DNA from: Ignavibacteria bacterium
GTDB lineage: Bacteria > Bacteroidota > Ignavibacteria > UBA10030 > UBA6906
NCBI GenBank assembly: GCA_027295705.1
Contig: JAPUKJ010000091.1
Span: forward strand, 1 to 62,565
DNA: 62,565 nt
Direction of reading: 5' to 3'
Each line of letters starts with the position of its first letter. Position 1 is the first letter of the stretch. Positions 61,189-62,565 of the stretch are shown here, one piece after another. Below the pieces are notes generated by a model, which saw nothing but the letters and a program-made list of their open reading frames with translations, was not told the origin of the DNA and made no database searches. The position numbers and the translations under genes are program-made.

Positions 61189-61561
61189 CCAGAAGTCAGT
61201 GCGATAGATATAAAAGCACACCCAGACCAAAACGCAGGGCTCCTTTGCTACATCTTCCAGTTTGATACTCTTATTGTGCTCTGGATATTAGCTGCGGAGT
61301 CGTCCAGTTACAAAAATATCGGAGGAAGCTCGAAGAGAAGGAAGAATTCAAAAAGTCAATCATTCAGAGCACGAGCGAGAAAGGGTCCAACTTCGTTTGC
61401 TGGATGAAATCACACGGGATCTTAATGATACCATCAATAATCTGCTGTCAATTATTTCTGTCAAGGCCTACCAGACTAAGAAGATTGTCCAGTCGAAACC
61501 TTCTTACTTTCCTGAAACAAGAGCAGGGTTTCCTTCAATGAACTGCACGGCAACAATTTAA
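61189..61561 (+). pseudogene. Degraded fragment of a HisKA_3-type sensor kinase gene (TM helix + linker + H-box-like helix in three frames)
   Basis: Frame A: ...GLLCYIFQFDTLIVLWILAA (TM-like). Frame C: QLQKYRRKLEEKEEFKKSIIQS (coiled-coil linker). Frame B: ERERVQLRLLDEITRDLNDTINNLLSII, which resembles ER.RIAR.LHD....L of DesK/NarX-type DHp helices but with His replaced by Leu. No start codon and several stops. Downstream frames give weak HATPase/receiver-like snippets. Confidence 0.35.
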
Positions 61562-62052
61562 TGACGAAAGCAAATTCCTAAATCCTTACTGAAAAAGAAA
61601 GAACCAAGTTACAACAAAGATACCCAAGTTGTTTTCCGTTGCGACAAGGCAGGGATAGCACCCCCCTCGGAAGACTACCCGAATTTTCATTTCTTGTTGA
61701 TCGTTCCCCTTAGCGAGTAGGGTATGGAACACCACAGTGCTTGCAGCGTGGACGTTTGTACATTCTTCGTTTGATAATTCCCAAGTCGCACAAGACATTT
61801 GTTAATGATGATGGAAGTGGCTTTCAGTTTGGTGCGTTGCTTGTTCTCTCTGAGATGCCTTAAGTCTTAGGTATTGTATTGGATGGTATATGTTTCGAGT
61901 TTTGCACCTGATGACTTCCAGCGCCGGCGACCATCCAGCTCATTCGGAATGTTAGCAGCGTTTGAAGAGGTAGGACTTGACTGGTGCGGATATTGCAACA
62001 CCTTTTTGGCTAGCAATTCAGTTCACAGTAGTAAGCAGATTGGCCATTAGTG

Positions 62053-62126
62053 TCGGAGCGGCGGGATTTGAACCCGCGACCCCCTGAACCCCATTCAGGT
62101 GCGCTTCCGGACTGCGCCACGCTCCG
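62053..62126 (-). tRNA. tRNA-Pro: tRNA-Pro, anticodon GGG
   Basis: Reverse complement folds as a cloverleaf: acceptor CGGAGCG/CGCTCCG, D arm GCGC-AGTCCGGAA-GCGC, anticodon arm CCTGA-ATGGGGT-TCAGG (anticodon GGG), variable GGGTC, T arm GCGGG-TTCAAAT-CCCGC, discriminator A. CCA not encoded. Confidence 0.9.
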
Positions 62127-62406
62127 TGTCAAATGAGGTCAGTTTGCGCCACCTTTTGTGCTGAGCGATGCCGTTCCAATTGAAAGTTAGTTAGCAATTT
62201 GGTTAGCACCACCAGTACACCCACCACTGTAAACGGAACGCCCCTTCTCCCTCATTCAGCCATTCCGATAGCTTCGCAAAGAAGAAAGGGCACTCACAAT
62301 CGTTTGTTGTTCGGAATAATGAATGAATTTTAGTTGCATAGGCAAGATACGAAACGCACTCGGCGAAGGCAAGGGCTTGCTTCGGAAGCGAGCACTAAAC
62401 CCAATC

Positions 62407-62565
62407 CTATTGTACTACATCGCCCTTTACGGTAAGAGTGAAGGGAGTGTAGATACCAAGCGTTAAAACACCCACCAAGCCATTCAGGAATGTCTGTTCG
62501 TACATAATGCGGACATTGACAGCCTTAGAGCCTTTTGCAAGTCGCACTTCATCAGATACCAATTC
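62407..62565 (-). CDS. Bor-family lipoprotein, 3' portion only (5' end beyond the window)
   Basis: The minus strand reads ...VNVRIMYEQTFLNGLVGVLTLGIYTPFTLTVKGDVVQ*. This closely parallels the Bor C-terminus (…QQTFVNGLLGFITLGIYTP…). Stop at 62407-62409. 52 codons in the window, too short for the ORF track. Confidence 0.7.
   Translation of the reverse strand, partial: ELVSDEVRLAKGSKAVNVRIMYEQTFLNGLVGVLTLGIYTPFTLTVKGDVVQ

Noticed and set aside
61586-61798. 70-aa minus-strand ORF in the ppk-tRNA spacer
   Set aside because: It has no SD or promoter context. The product is compositionally odd (Cys/Trp-containing, no motifs), and the region is better explained as decayed DNA.

Overview
This 62.6-kb window is an ordinary chromosomal segment with about 55 CDS, one tRNA, and no rRNA, CRISPR array, transposase or integrase. 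All homology calls below come from reading motifs in the supplied translations; no searches were run.

Gene content and operon layout point to an FCB-group bacterium (Ignavibacteria/Chlorobi-like). The evidence is an atpZ-atpI-atpBEFHAG operon without atpDC, the ffh-rpsP-KH-rimM-trmD-rplS block, an M23-bactofilin pair, and several outer-membrane barrels. GC is roughly 47% by hand count.

Most of the window is housekeeping:
- Central metabolism and synthesis: tmk, murA, eno, PGM/PMM, cysS, pyk, ppk1.
- Replication, repair and RNA: recN, ligA, HU, a DinG-like helicase, rlmD.
- Envelope, transport and signalling: RodZ, a CobB sirtuin, a penicillin-acylase-family Ntn hydrolase, two SSS transporters, a hybrid histidine kinase, an ECF sigma factor.

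The best candidate for something undescribed is an envelope cluster at 38.4-42.0 kb. A predicted lipoprotein with an extreme Tyr-rich/aromatic core and a long Arg/Gly/Ser tail sits between a small YjbH-like outer-membrane protein and a FadL/PorV-like barrel. This rests on sequence composition and gene context only.

The second theme is localized gene decay:
- An amber stop at codon 3 of the conserved KH-domain gene between rpsP and rimM.
- A GC-rich (about 58-68%) broken remnant of an Ig-like surface-protein gene that still has its terminator, just after rplS.
- A truncated mqnA remnant carrying a perfect 20-bp tandem duplication.
- An apparently internally deleted DUF5916/CBM9 gene.
- A roughly 0.9-kb ORF-free stretch with two-component-system debris next to the 3' end of tRNA-Pro(GGG).

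The CHAT-domain protein at the left edge also appears to have lost both catalytic residues.
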